Assembly: GCA_965637545.1 (NCBI GenBank)
Contig: OZ281497.1
Span: 20,026,001 to 20,090,000, forward strand
DNA: 64,000 nucleotides
Source: Phallusia mammillata
Lineage: Eukaryota
Direction of reading: 5' to 3'
Part shown: piece by piece, positions 52,501 through 64,000 of the stretch
How the letters are laid out: every line of letters starts with the position of its first letter
How positions within the stretch are numbered: position 1 is the stretch's first letter
Program-made: the position numbers and the translations under genes
Notes under the pieces: model-generated
What the model was told of the DNA's origin: nothing
The model's database searches: none
The model's input: the letters and a program-made list of their open reading frames with translations, nothing else

Positions 52501-52866
52501 ATTTGTGTTTTTTACGTTAGTTCAAATTTTCGCAACCAAATTACATATTTTTGTTAACCTTTTGTCGAATTGAGTCAATTATTCACAACCAAATATCAAA
52601 CAAATCTATTTTTCAGGAGTTTTGACACGGCGCGAGAATTTGTCCAGTACACTCTATCAACGCGTATGTACGTTGTACCAGCACACCATCAACGTAGCAG
52701 GACACGATTGAACGACAGATCGCGCACTGCCGCTACCTCGCGGTATCCACAACTAAATGCAACTTACCCGCCAACCAGCGCCACTCCTCACTCTGTGGTG
52801 AACCAAGACGGCTCCTTGCGAGTCGGTCAGCTTAACAGTTTTGTAAGAATGCAGGCTGTTAAGTGA
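40523..52866 (+). CDS. C3orf20: C3orf20-like protein (FAM194/ERICH6-family domain)
   Basis: 18 phase-consistent exons: 40523-40638, 40721-41580, 42319-42567, 42696-42761, 43066-43231, 43338-43439, 43596-43760, 44401-44530, 44919-45200, 46544-46750, 47643-47786, 48130-48253, 49100-49312, 49750-49951, 50558-50699, 51360-51496, 51885-52106, 52617-52866. FAM194-like YYPKNGNIAV...AAFTPYG..CCYHKDG...GGYL...G...RKWNWP. C3orf20-like N-terminus (APNILRELADIL...LPPGVTNLLTQTWDEVVSE) and C-terminus (CKCSKHRIPLINDLE, LLGRHNVVPGM.LMY.GGRLLFADHIFNGY, LPDDFRF). Orthology is from recall, not from a search. Confidence 0.82.
43843..43890 (+). pseudogene. 5'-truncated 5S rRNA copy (3' 48 nt including terminator)
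   Basis: gtatttggatgggtgaccgcctgggaataccgggtgtcgtaggctttt matches 44251-44298 at 47/48 positions; 408 bp offset. Confidence 0.9.
44177..44295 (+). rRNA. 5S rRNA: 5S rRNA gene, full length, in C3orf20 intron 7
   Basis: 119 nt, GTCTACGACCATACCACGTTGAGAAC...GTGTCGTAGGCT. Helix I ends pair; box A (AGTTAAGCAACGTC) and box C (TGGATGGGTGACC) are intact. Confidence 0.97.
44295..44306 (+). terminator. RNA Pol III T-run terminator of the 5S gene
   Basis: TTTT then gaTTTTTT directly after the 5S 3' end. Confidence 0.8.
45558..46281. mobile_element. hAT (Buster-type) non-autonomous element in a C3orf20 intron
   Basis: TIR cagggctcttcaac / gttaaagagatctg (11/14); perfect TSD ATCTATGT; subterminal GGGGTTCC repeats. 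Confidence 0.85.
46813..47277. mobile_element. hAT (Buster-type) MITE in a C3orf20 intron
   Basis: Perfect 14-bp TIR caggggcgtgcaac / gttgcacgcccctg; perfect TSD GCATAGAC; subterminal GCGGGCC repeats. Confidence 0.93.
47434..47507 (+). pseudogene. tRNA-like Pol III unit (tRNA pseudogene or tRNA-derived SINE head)
   Basis: A box TAGCTCATTTGGTAG; perfect T arm GTGGG-TTCGAAT-CCCAC; anticodon stem ACGAG/CTCGT closing an abnormal 11-nt loop; acceptor stem only 5/7 paired; TTTTT at 47513-47517. Confidence 0.65.
48426..48856. mobile_element. hAT (Buster-type) MITE in a C3orf20 intron
   Basis: TIR cagtggttcccaaac / gtttgggaaccgctg (14/15); perfect TSD TTTTAATG. Confidence 0.92.
50813..50991. mobile_element. 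hAT (Buster-type) MITE in a C3orf20 intron
   Basis: Imperfect TIR cagggttcttaacc / ggttaaaaaccactg; perfect TSD TATTAAGT. Confidence 0.85.
51662..51840. mobile_element. Truncated copy of the 22295 hAT MITE family
   Basis: cagtgattcccaacctgggaggaat...tgtggtttgtaaatagacacttcagctct...aagttgac aligns with 22295 onward; the right TIR is missing. The left flank CTCTAGAA also has a central TA. Confidence 0.75.
52296..52432. repeat. Long imperfect palindrome (MITE-like hairpin) in the last C3orf20 intron
   Basis: taaatcacagtaggccaggcccattaaaggcgttataccgaat pairs with attcggtgtgacgcctttaatgggcccggggtactgtgattta: ~43-bp arms with few mismatches. Confidence 0.75.
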
Positions 52867-53525
52867 ATAAATACACAATTTGTATTTGGCGTCAAGTATA
52901 TGTTGCACACACATTTGCTTACAGTAACACAATCCGACAGTAGACTAATTTTACGAGTTGCGTCTAAGACGGTAGCTTTAAATTGCTTTTGCAACAAATG
53001 TGTTTGCTTTTCCGGGTATTTTTTATACTTGTTACCACTTAGCACGATCTACACACAATATAGGAGTAAACACAAACATTTTTCTCTACAGTGATTAACT
53101 TGCAATTCATAGAGTAGTCAATGTTTTATTTCTAATTCTTATAGATATCGGATACTTGTTACAGACTTGCGCCTGTAGCCACTGTTTTTGTTTTTGTTGC
53201 TTTACCGTTTCGTTAAAGATTGTTATATTTTGGTTGTAGCAAAATAATTGTGCAGTGACCTGGCTGTTGTAATGATGTGGAAATGGAGGAGTCAGCCAAG
53301 AACTTAGACTCACCAAGAGAAGGTTTGCGAATATCACATACACCCACACACATATTAAACCTTGACATCTAAACTACACTCAAAAACATCAGCCAAATTG
53401 CTTTGAAATTTTGCTTTTAATTTTGTGACTCCATTGTTGCAATGTCATGCTTAGTCAGCAAATAATACCACATCGCTACCACACATGCAGTTCATTACTA
53501 ATTCAATAATATCGCCTCGCTGACA

Positions 53526-54646
53526 TTATTCGTTCTTTGATATAATCTCGTTTAAATCTGGCCAGACGTCGTCCAGCCTTCGCACGTGATTACGCAGTCG
53601 GTCTCCATGGCAACTTGTTACCCTTTCCATTGGACCTCTGTCTCCGTAGTGACCTCCAGTACGCATTCCCGTATGTGCCAATAACAGCGCGTTGGAATAT
53701 TGAACGGCATCAGAAACACTCGGTGCTTCATTCTTCGGCACAAATTTTGGAACAAACTGAGGACGAAGCACTTCGTGTTGTTCCCGGGGTATTTCCCTAA
53801 CATACGTCGGGCGTATCACTTCGGCGTTAGGTGGCGGTGTGGAGCTTATCGGTTGCGTTGCTTCCTCGGTCGGTTTAGGGTCTCGTTTTCTTCGTATCTT
53901 TCTGGCCGGTTCCGTGTTTCCTATGGCCGCAGCTGCGTCAATGGCGTCAATAATGTTGAGATCATCGTCGTTACTGCACCAGAAACGGCGCCGTTCTTCC
54001 CAGCTCCGTTTTCCGTCCAAACACTCACGTAAAAATGTGATGTACCGACAAGCTAACTGAAATGAAACAAGGAGTTTTAATGTGAGATCATTGCGACATG
54101 GGGCAACAATTGCTGCATAAATACATCTATGACATGTATTCCGTATGGCAACGTACTGAAAATTATACTATCTTAAAAAATGAAATTATCAATTTTATCC
54201 TAGGCTACTCTTTATCAGGATTTTGCCCTTACAGAACTACAAAGCTTATTATTGTTCTGCATGATTTATATTAAAACCCTCAGGAATGCCGGAATTGCAC
54301 TTTGGTCGTATTTTTTTAATGATGTAGCCTACTATACACCGATAGTAAAATGACTTTTTTGTTGGTATTGTGCAGAGCGCAGTTTATTGTTTTTAAGATG
54401 CTGCGAAAACGATAAAAGATTAAATTATTTACAACATCTTGCACATACCTGTAAGGTTTGCTTTTTGTGTAGTTTTCTTCCAACTGGCAATCGGATAGGT
54501 ATCACTCTCTGCAAAGATTCTAAAGATTCATTGAACATTCGCAGTCTTTCTCGTTCCCTCACAGCTGCCAAAGGTTTGCGCTGGGTGACCTTACCTGCTG
54601 GTTTGGTTAATTCTACACCGTCTACCTTCCTACGTTTAGAAGCCAT
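53526..54646 (-). CDS. Divergent group-A bHLH transcription factor, paralog A (242 aa)
   Basis: Exons 54646-54449 and 54056-53526 (CAG|gtatgt...tttcag|, phase 0). bHLH: QRKPLAAVRERERLRMFNESLESLQRVIPIRLPVGRKLHKKQTLQ|LACRYITFLRECL. N-terminal KRRK. Family not assignable by eye. Confidence 0.88.
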
Positions 54647-56947
54647 AAGTATAACAAAGTACTTTTCAAAGTTGTAATTAGGCTTTAGCTTGTCAAATGT
54701 GGTTAATACATTGGCCAATGACACTGCATAAGTTACAGTGTAGAGTTGGTAAAATGCAACGAAAAAGGGGTAATACGAACCTCACGAACCGCAATCGGGA
54801 AAGGCGATTTAGGCCACGCTTGTGTGGATGTTCAATTTCCGCAAAGCACGGGAACGTTTTTGGTAAAAATCCCCATAGCAGGCGACTGTGTGATTATAGC
54901 TTGGGTTCATTCACAAGTCGATGTTTTTCAAATGTCGTTAAAATGGGAAATGTGTATTGTTTCCCGTTTTTGTTAAAGTGGACCTTTTTTATCTATAGAT
55001 AGGCCTATTTTGTTTTCATGGTATGTAAAGTCACATACAAACAGGTTGAGTAAATTGGCAACTGACACGACTTAGATTAGACTACGAACCTTACATGCTG
55101 AAACTGTTTTATCTAGTTTCCCAGGAAGCAGTTTATGACATCACACACAAAACTAAAAACACTAGAATTTTGCAGACAATCACATTTCATGTCGCTAAAA
55201 ATATACATGTATGGCTCGGTAATAAAGACTCTTCTTTACATATACAGTATTTACACTTCTTTTTATTCCCTCTTGATTCAAATTGATTGAAGACTCACGT
55301 GTTTTGGACGTTAATGCAACTTTGGTACGAAATAATATTTGCTTCAAAAAGTGGTATTACAACAACATCAGGTGAAGCATATTAAAACTTTCTGTTTGCA
55401 TCGTTTTTTTGTTACGCTATTTTATAAAAGTTCATCAAATTATCTAAATCAAAAGCCAAAGTGAATGGTGCGCAGCTGATACGCAAACAAATTGATCCTT
55501 GGCACAACATGCAGAGTTGGACGTCAAGTGACAAAAACAAATACGCGGCCCGTAGAGGTTTATTAGCGGCCTATGTGATCGGCAAAGCACCTCTTGCAGT
55601 GACCGTACATCCGAAAACAAACAGCCTTCCTATCGTGGAGGTATGCGGTTGGTCAAACATCGCATAGCGAAGCGACTTCTGCTACAGGCCCATTACTTTT
55701 CTTCAAATGTGGACTCAAATTGTGACGGGCAGCGTTTATAAAAACTTGTATTATTAGCGTGAGATTTTCCCTCATAGGGCGTTTATAGGGCATTCCCACA
55801 AACAAATCATACACTTATAACTTACGATGTTGTACATAACTTTAATCCTTTTCCGCAGGTCCCAGTGGCCCAATTGTTTTGGAACAACTTCCTATTGTGC
55901 TCCACGATAGCGATGAAACTTATGCTACATTCACTCAATTGCTTAAAGCTCAAAAAATTATTGTGTAGTGTGTACAATATTGGTCATAGGCATTATACTA
56001 ATAGTTATCTATTAGTTATCTATTGTTTGTAGTTATACAAATCAAAGTACTTTAGGACCACCAACCGTATGTTCATATGCGAAGCATTCCAATTTAAATC
56101 ATAACACTAATATACCGCGTTTTGGATTTAGCACCGGGGATAAACTATTTTTGCCGGAAACACTACGTTGCACAAACCGCATGGTTAGCATTTTCTTCAC
56201 ACATTTACCTGCGACTTGTGACGGAAAGTTCTTTGAAGTGCAACATTTTATCGTCGATCGTAGAATCCCGTCTCGCTTGGAGATCACTTCTTATCATAGC
56301 TGATGTTATAACTTCCCGCTGTGTTCACCAGCACTAACAGGATTGTCGAAAATTTTATATCGATGTTTTGGTAATAAGTTTCACTCGAGAGTCAATTTGT
56401 TTTAATACTTGCTATGAATAAACTTATTATTGCAATTTTTGAAGAACATACCTTTATCCTAACTACCCCTCAAAAACACGATAGTTAAACAATTACAGTC
56501 CGTTAAATGTTCAAAATACAAAACACTTTTACAGAAACGTTTTTATTACTCATTAAATAATATTTCGTCATTTGAAGTTTTGTCAATTGAACATCGCACA
56601 AAACAATATATTTCAATCCTGTCACATTTCCGATTTGGGCCAAAAAATATGTTTGTCAAAGCTTACTCAAACATAGATTATCCGTTGGCCGGTCTTGATG
56701 TGGCGCCTGCGGTCTTGCAAATCCATTGAACTTGAATCGACGCGACCGAATCGGAAACTGAACAGCGAGCTCTGCGCACATATCCGACTTAAAGTTCATT
56801 GTCACTCTGCCTGAGCCAGTGATCGCTGTTGGGCGCAGAGCAGGGACCGACGGTCTGGGGCTTTCGGGTGTTGACGCTGCGTATAGTCGAACCCTGGGCG
56901 GATGCCACTGACCACGAAAAAGGAGCTCACTATGATACAGACCAACG

Positions 56948-56955
56948 TATAAATA
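56948..56955 (+). promoter_or_regulatory. TATA box of bHLH paralog B
   Basis: TATAAATA ~85 bp upstream of ATG 57040, just downstream of a CpG-rich stretch (56690-56930). Confidence 0.55.
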
Positions 56956-57039
56956 CTGTTCCACCTAAACTCTTCTCATTACAATTTTGTCATCTATCTA
57001 TTAATAGCTGTGAGTGTATTTCTGAAATCAAGCTCAAAA

Positions 57040-58098
57040 ATGAATTGCGCATACGAACAAGGCACCATCGATCAGGTAAAAACTTATTCCAATGGATATA
57101 TTATATTTACTATTTCTATAGTAAAAATAAAAAAAATAGGATTCATATCACTGTTTGTACAAAACCTTAATATTACGTTTTTGATTCAGGGTATAACCTA
57201 TATGCGATCAACCGCCCAGAAGCGAAAGAGTGACGTCGATTCTACGTCAAGCATAAGCAAAAAGAGACGCCCAAACGCCGCCGGTAGAGAGCGCCAAAGG
57301 TTGCGGGTGTTCAACGAGGCTTTGGAAGATTTGCAAAGTGTAATTCCGATCAGGCTTACACAGAACAGAAAACTCCACAAAAAGCAAACCCTTCAGGTAA
57401 CCTATTGAAAAAAATTATAGTCAGCTAAATGGTACTACAATAACAATTCCATAATATTGTTGCAACATATTATTGCAAAAAAAACTAATAGCAACTCTTG
57501 TTTGCAGCTGGCAATTCGCTACATCAACTTTTTGCACGGTTGCATGAATGGCGAGAGGCAGTGGGAAGAAAGAAATCGTTTCTGGTGCAAATCAGAAGAC
57601 GAATTGATGATGGACGCCATTGACGCCGCTGGTGAACCCTCACCAATCGGTCACTTGCCAGTGACCACCACAAGTCATCAGCAATTGCCAATGGAGAACG
57701 GATATAATTGTCAGCCTGTTGACGACAGTTGGAACACACTTCCCACCTATAACATGTCACCGGAACCACCAATGCAATACCATGCCCAATCGATGACGCA
57801 GTACCAAGAGGGTTATCAGCAGTACACGGCACCACAATTTCCCCAGACTTTCGAAGAAGTGCAGCACCAGGACTTAATCTGCACAAAAACCGATGAATTT
57901 CCGGTTTACAACTCAGAACCGTTTTTCGCTGAACAAGGTCCCAATTACTTTGTACCTATCAACGAAAACACATGTATGCCAGATTACTCCACTGTCGCAC
58001 AAGATGATGTGTTTCATTTTATTTCGTCTGCGGAAAGCGTTTTAAACCCAGACAGCCCAGAAAGTGGATTCGTTTCAACGGCATCCTACGATTTGTGA
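57040..58098 (+). CDS. Divergent group-A bHLH transcription factor, paralog B (~277 aa; alternative start 57202)
   Basis: Exons 57040-57075, 57190-57396, 57508-58098, all phase 0 GT-AG. bHLH: KRRPNAAGRERQRLRVFNEALEDLQSVIPIRLTQNRKLHKKQTLQ|LAIRYINFLHGCM. Same helix-2 intron position as paralog A. Y/P/Q/acidic-rich C-terminus. Confidence 0.88.
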
Positions 58099-58149
58099 TT
58101 ATAAAGTCTTCACTTCATTTTGGTCTGCAAAGTGTGTGTGTATTTATGC

Positions 58150-58155
58150 AATAAA
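58150..58155 (+). terminator. Polyadenylation signal of bHLH paralog B
   Basis: AATAAA 52 nt after the stop codon. Confidence 0.55.
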
Positions 58156-59076
58156 AGGCAAAATATCAATCAATGAACAGTATAGTATAAAAGTGACGGG
58201 CGTTTTAAATTTTGTCTCAGAACGCGAGTTTAGTAGGTAGTTTTTTTGCAGAAACTACAAGCATTGCACGGTTGGATGCATTTGTTTGAAGCAGTGTGAA
58301 TAGAAAAACGTGCGAGTTGGCATTGACAAACGAAGCGACTGACGCCGTGACGCGTATGCGTGCAACACAGGCACAAACGGCGGCAACACAAACGCATTCG
58401 CAAGGTACGCAACAGAAAACATGCCGACGTTGGCAAGATTGTTTACCTTTGACAAATTTACTGTTTATGTAGACTATGTAGGGGCGGCATTGTTTTATGC
58501 AGCCTGATAATTTATAATGAGGACATTAAATTGATGGCGATGTTCCTTTGTATTGTTCCATTATGGTCGACGTGTAACGTTTTGTTTTGTTGGCTGTGGC
58601 CTTGTTACGTTGTTACACACATCTAAAGGGATTTAGATAGCCTTTTTAATTCGTGAACAATGAAAGTAGTGTACTGTACTAAAACTTTTATGCTCTTTGA
58701 TGAGAAATTATAGGAAATAACAATATGTGAAAGTCCTTGTAAAAGAGAGTTATTTCGTTTTCTACGTTGCTAGAAAAAGTTGGCTGATCATCCAGATTAA
58801 TCATTATTTATGGCCAAGATAACATGATTGTTACTGTTGGTGTTTTATTGTGTGTTTTCAATCTTTGGGATGATTTGTAGTGTGTTCATAATTAGAAATT
58901 AAAACTGAACGTGACAAAAATCTCTTTAAAAAGGTCTATAAATGAAATAAATATTGCTTTTTTTGCACACTTGTTAGTACAAATTGTATATATGTCAGTA
59001 CATTTTGTTTACAGAGTACAAACAAAAAGAAAGCAGAGTTCGAACAATGTCAATTTAAGAAGATTTATTTGTATAA

Positions 59077-60379
<1,303 letters not shown>

Positions 60380-61278
60380 AGCAGCACATTTTTGTAAAAC
60401 TGCCATGCAGCATGTGAAGTGTATTTCATAAGCATTTAATGTTATAATCATATATATTATACAGTTGAAATGCAGTAGTATGTCAAGAGTGTTTGCGATC
60501 TTGTTTTATTTAAATTACATATATATTGTCCACAAAAAAAACTTCTGGGCATCTGTTCAAAATAGTTTTACATTATTTAATACCAAACGATCTTTTTTGC
60601 CAAGTTTTTATTAAAGCACTAAATTAACAAAAACTACAGTTTTCAGAAGGTCTCTTCTGCATGTCATTTTTTCATATCTTTCTCCATCTCGCCACTCTTA
60701 CATTTTGTAGGTTTCTGTATGGATAATATTTTTTTACTGGTTTTATGCACACTGTCATTATATGTAATCATAGTGGGTCCAAATCTTGAATCAAAAATGT
60801 TTGTGATTGATGATCCTGATATTGTTTAGTTGGCTTGCTTACTACACTGTATGTTTTATCCGTAGTTTTAGTATTTTAGGTAATAAACGGTTATCATGTA
60901 TGACCTGAAAGCAGTTACAATTGTGTGTCTTGCATTAATACCAGATATTCATGTGAAAAATATGTATGCAGAGAGATTGCAAATAGCATCAATCAGATCT
61001 ACAATACCATCAACTGCTCATATTTCGCTGGTAAAAACACCATCTGATTTATCTATTGGAAAATAGGTTACTATAGTTTGAATAAAATTGAGATTGTTTT
61101 TGCTTGCTTCTATTTAAACAGGAACAGGATTTCTGTAGTTTATTGCAGCACAACATTAATTAGAGTTTCCAAAACAGCACTGTTTATTGAAATTTATGTA
61201 GGAACAGAAGAAACAAATGTACAGCCAAACATAACAATAGTTTTTGACAATAGTTCAAAAAGATTTCAGCCTAGTCCT

Positions 61279-62289
61279 TTACTTCTTCCAGCAGTTGTTT
61301 TCGTAATCCCATTTAGATGCAATACCAGTAATGGGGCCACTGTGCATTCTAAGTTGTTTTTTGATGCTAGCATGGACCCATTCATCACTGTACGTTATTG
61401 GAGGAGGTGGTAAGATGAACTTCTTGCACAGTATAATAAATGCAAACCCAAGACTGCTTATTAAGAAAACAAGGCCCATAGATGACTTCCATGTGTCATT
61501 GCCACGAACCATGTCACCCATAGTCATGCTGAAATGCATGTTGTACAAGTCCATTTGCTCATCCACTGTGAGGTTGCTCCAATCGCCAAGTTCCTTTTCT
61601 TTCAGTGCCTTGAGGTCCTCTATAAAATTGGATTCAATAAATCATTAAATGTGCACATTCCAGACAAGATTGTGTGTTGTTAACTCTTTTCAGAAAACCA
61701 AACAGCATTTTTTTGTATTTGTCATTGTATGTACAAAACACACATTTGCCTTTTTTACTGAAGACTATAGCAAAGCACAAAATAAAAACTCAATTTTACA
61801 CACCATGTACAAAAAACACCAAAACGTTTTATGTTTTGTGCAGAACCACTTTGTATTCTACAGAAAGCCACTGATACCCAAAAATGCACATGGTACCATA
61901 AAATAAATTAGTGTATTAAACCAACTTAACATTAATCTTGCCAAAATTTAGTTCTGCGGCTACACCATTTCCCGTACGTTTACATATAAACTGGTTTAAT
62001 AAATGATCAATGAAAGTAAAATACTATTTTTATCATGGCAAACTTGCTGCCAAAAAACAGTTGCAATAGACATAGTTTATTAATAGACACTTCAAAGATT
62101 CTAACCTGCTACGGGAAGTGAACGTGGCCTATCCGGAAGTGGGGAATAAACACTTTCGTAAAAGTCTTCATTAATTTTAAGGCCATGGTCGACCACATCT
62201 GCTGTGCTGCTCATTCTAGCCACGTTTAATATACGTAGTTGCCTTCCAACCCCTTTGTTCACGATAGTTCGCAGAATATTCGACGCCAT
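61279..62289 (-). CDS. COX4: Cytochrome c oxidase subunit 4 (174 aa, mitochondrial presequence)
   Basis: Exons 62289-62106 and 61619-61279 (phase 1). Motifs: PLPDRP, LKALKEKELGDWSNLTVDEQMDLY, one TM helix, PITGIASKWDYENNCWKK*. Confidence 0.95.
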
Positions 62290-62931
62290 TTTGGAAGGCA
62301 AGGTGCAAACCAAATTTATTGAAATTAACTTAAAAATCCACACCAAACCTTAACGACAAGTTCGCCAGACGAATGTCAAACAAGAAATCGGCGATCTGTT
62401 TGCAGAGAATATTTGTCCTTGAATCTACAGCCAGTTTATGTCGTTGATTATTACAAGTTTGGTTTTATACTTCTCCAGAGAAACCAACTTTATAATTTAT
62501 TTTTATGCAGATAATAAACAAAATGTTTTATCTTTTCATTTGTTGAAATTGAAAGCTTCATTTGTTCAACTCAACTTTTGAAACTATGACGTAATATTAT
62601 GTTTCGGAATTGTCACGTATGCACTCATGGAAGGAATACCAACGTAATTAATTACTGATGTTGTGGAAATTTCACGTGAAAAAAACAAAACTACATTTGT
62701 TTTGTTTTTCGTCCTCAAATATCAAAATTGGTGTATCTTGCAGATTACTGAACATCAACAGCAGGTAAACTCCACATGATTATTTGAATTGATCTAAATA
62801 AAATTGCGCTACAGTACCAATTTCTGTTTGGTGCCAGTTTTATTGCTTAAACCTTTCTTTATTTTTGCTTAGTTGATTACTACGTAACTACGTATATTTT
62901 ACAAAATAACTCGTCCGTAGAAATAGCACAC

Positions 62932-62940
62932 GTTGCATCA
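62932..62940 (+). promoter_or_regulatory. C/EBP-ATF composite (amino-acid response) element in the COX4/SerRS divergent promoter
   Basis: GTTGCATCA matches the (A/G)TT(G/T)CATCA consensus, ~190 bp upstream of the SerRS ATG. TGACGTAA also occurs at 62587-62594. Confidence 0.4.
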
Positions 62941-63131
62941 TGCTGCTTGAGGAAACTTGGGTAATGGAAATTGCGATTACGTTTTAAATGCTGTTCAACT
63001 AACTGTCATTACACGTCGTTCAACTTTTACGCACTGTTTGTGTTAAGGCATTGTGTAATCCGTTATTACAATTTTTGTTTTCATTAAGTTGAGGTATAGG
63101 TACAAAAAAACGTTTGCACACGCTGTTAAAA

Positions 63132-64000
63132 ATGGTGCTGGATCTTGATTTATTCCGCACTGATAAAGGTGGCAACCCGGAAAAAATGCGAGAAAACCAG
63201 GCAAAACGTTACAAAGATGTTAAGTTGGTTGACAATCTAGTTGCTGCAGACAGTGAATGGAGAAAATGTAAGTTTATTTGTGATATTGTTTACAAAAAAA
63301 GTTTTTAAATTAATTGACCAGTTTGTTTCAGGTCGTTTTACTTTGGACAATCTAAACAAGCTGAAGAACTTATGCAGCAAATGCATTGGTTTGAAAATGA
63401 AAAGCAAAGAGGATGTTGGAACTGATGAAACATTGCCAAGTGACCTTCCTACCCTTGAAAATCTCACTTCTGACATTTTATCAGTATGTCATCACTTGTT
63501 TGTTTGCTTCTATTATATATTTTATTCTTAATGGGTGGGTAATGTTGAAATGTGCTATGCTTACAAAGCATCTGCCATAGAGCTGCCAGCCTAAATGCAA
63601 GAGAGACACAAGTGGTCAAGATGGGGTTAGAACCATCAACCTTGTGAGCATGTGGCAATCACTAACCACTTTTCTTTCTTGATTTTTTTAATGTGACGTT
63701 ATAGCATGGATGTCTTGTCAAATTATCCAGCATTTGTATATATTTTATGTGTATATTTTATGGCAGGGTCTTACAGTGGTCCAAATCAAGAAGATTCGTC
63801 TCACTGTTGATGCAGAAATCACAAAATGTGACTCAAGGAGGCTGGAACTTGAAACAATTAGACACACCAATTTGAGGGAAATAGGAAACATTTTGCATGA
63901 CTCTGTCCCTGTCAGTAATGATGAGGTTTGAAGAATATTTGTGTACTTTTTTGTTTGCTTTATTTATCTGGGATTTAAATTTTTGTGCAGGATGCTGACA
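63132..64000 (+). CDS. SARS1: Cytosolic seryl-tRNA synthetase, 5' part (runs off the window)
   Basis: Exons 63132-63267, 63332-63483, 63767-63925, 63991->end. Motifs: [68 protein letters not shown]. Confidence 0.96.
63610..63670 (-). mobile_element. Possible tRNA-derived SINE fragment in SerRS intron 2
   Basis: Minus strand AGTGGTTAG (A-box-like) followed ~27 nt later by GGTTCTAACCC (B-box-like); no full cloverleaf. Confidence 0.3.

Noticed and set aside
56867-56874. T-box half site GGTGTTGA upstream of bHLH B
   Set aside because: A single 8-mer, with no cluster or conservation data.
53526-58098. Calling the bHLH pair Mesp1/Mesp2-like or MyoD/Mrf
   Set aside because: They lack Mesp ASEREKLRM/LTKIETL and the MyoD Ala-Thr myogenic code and CLxWAC motif. 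Head-to-head layout alone is not orthology, so no symbol is given.

Overview
This is AT-rich eukaryotic genomic DNA with many short introns, not prokaryotic. There is no CRISPR array, and most ORF-track entries are exon fragments or antisense shadows. Gene content and compact introns suggest an invertebrate chordate, probably an ascidian (inference only). Layout from left to right: (1) ~18 kb gene-poor zone with decayed LINE remnants, weak coding-like fragments and one candidate orphan secreted-protein exon; (2) a degenerate RTE-clade LINE (18.6-20.2 kb); (3) 5-aminolevulinate synthase (ALAS, minus strand, ~640 aa, 12-13 coding exons) with three heme-regulatory CP motifs and a canonical iron-responsive element (IRE) in a non-coding 5' exon that begins right at a splice acceptor; (4) vezatin, head-to-head with ALAS; (5) an 18-exon C3orf20/FAM194-domain gene whose introns hold an intact 5S rRNA gene, a truncated 5S copy, a tRNA-like Pol III unit and several hAT MITEs; (6) a head-to-head pair of divergent, unassigned bHLH paralogs sharing a post-HLH WEERxRFWC...DAIDAA motif; (7) SLC35E3, COX4 and the 5' part of cytosolic seryl-tRNA synthetase. 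Six complete hAT elements have perfect 8-bp target-site duplications (TSDs), all nnnTAnnn (Buster type). The best leads are the acceptor-adjacent ALAS IRE (possible IRE+/IRE- isoforms from one gene) and the bHLH pair. Exon coordinates were read by hand; no database searches were run.
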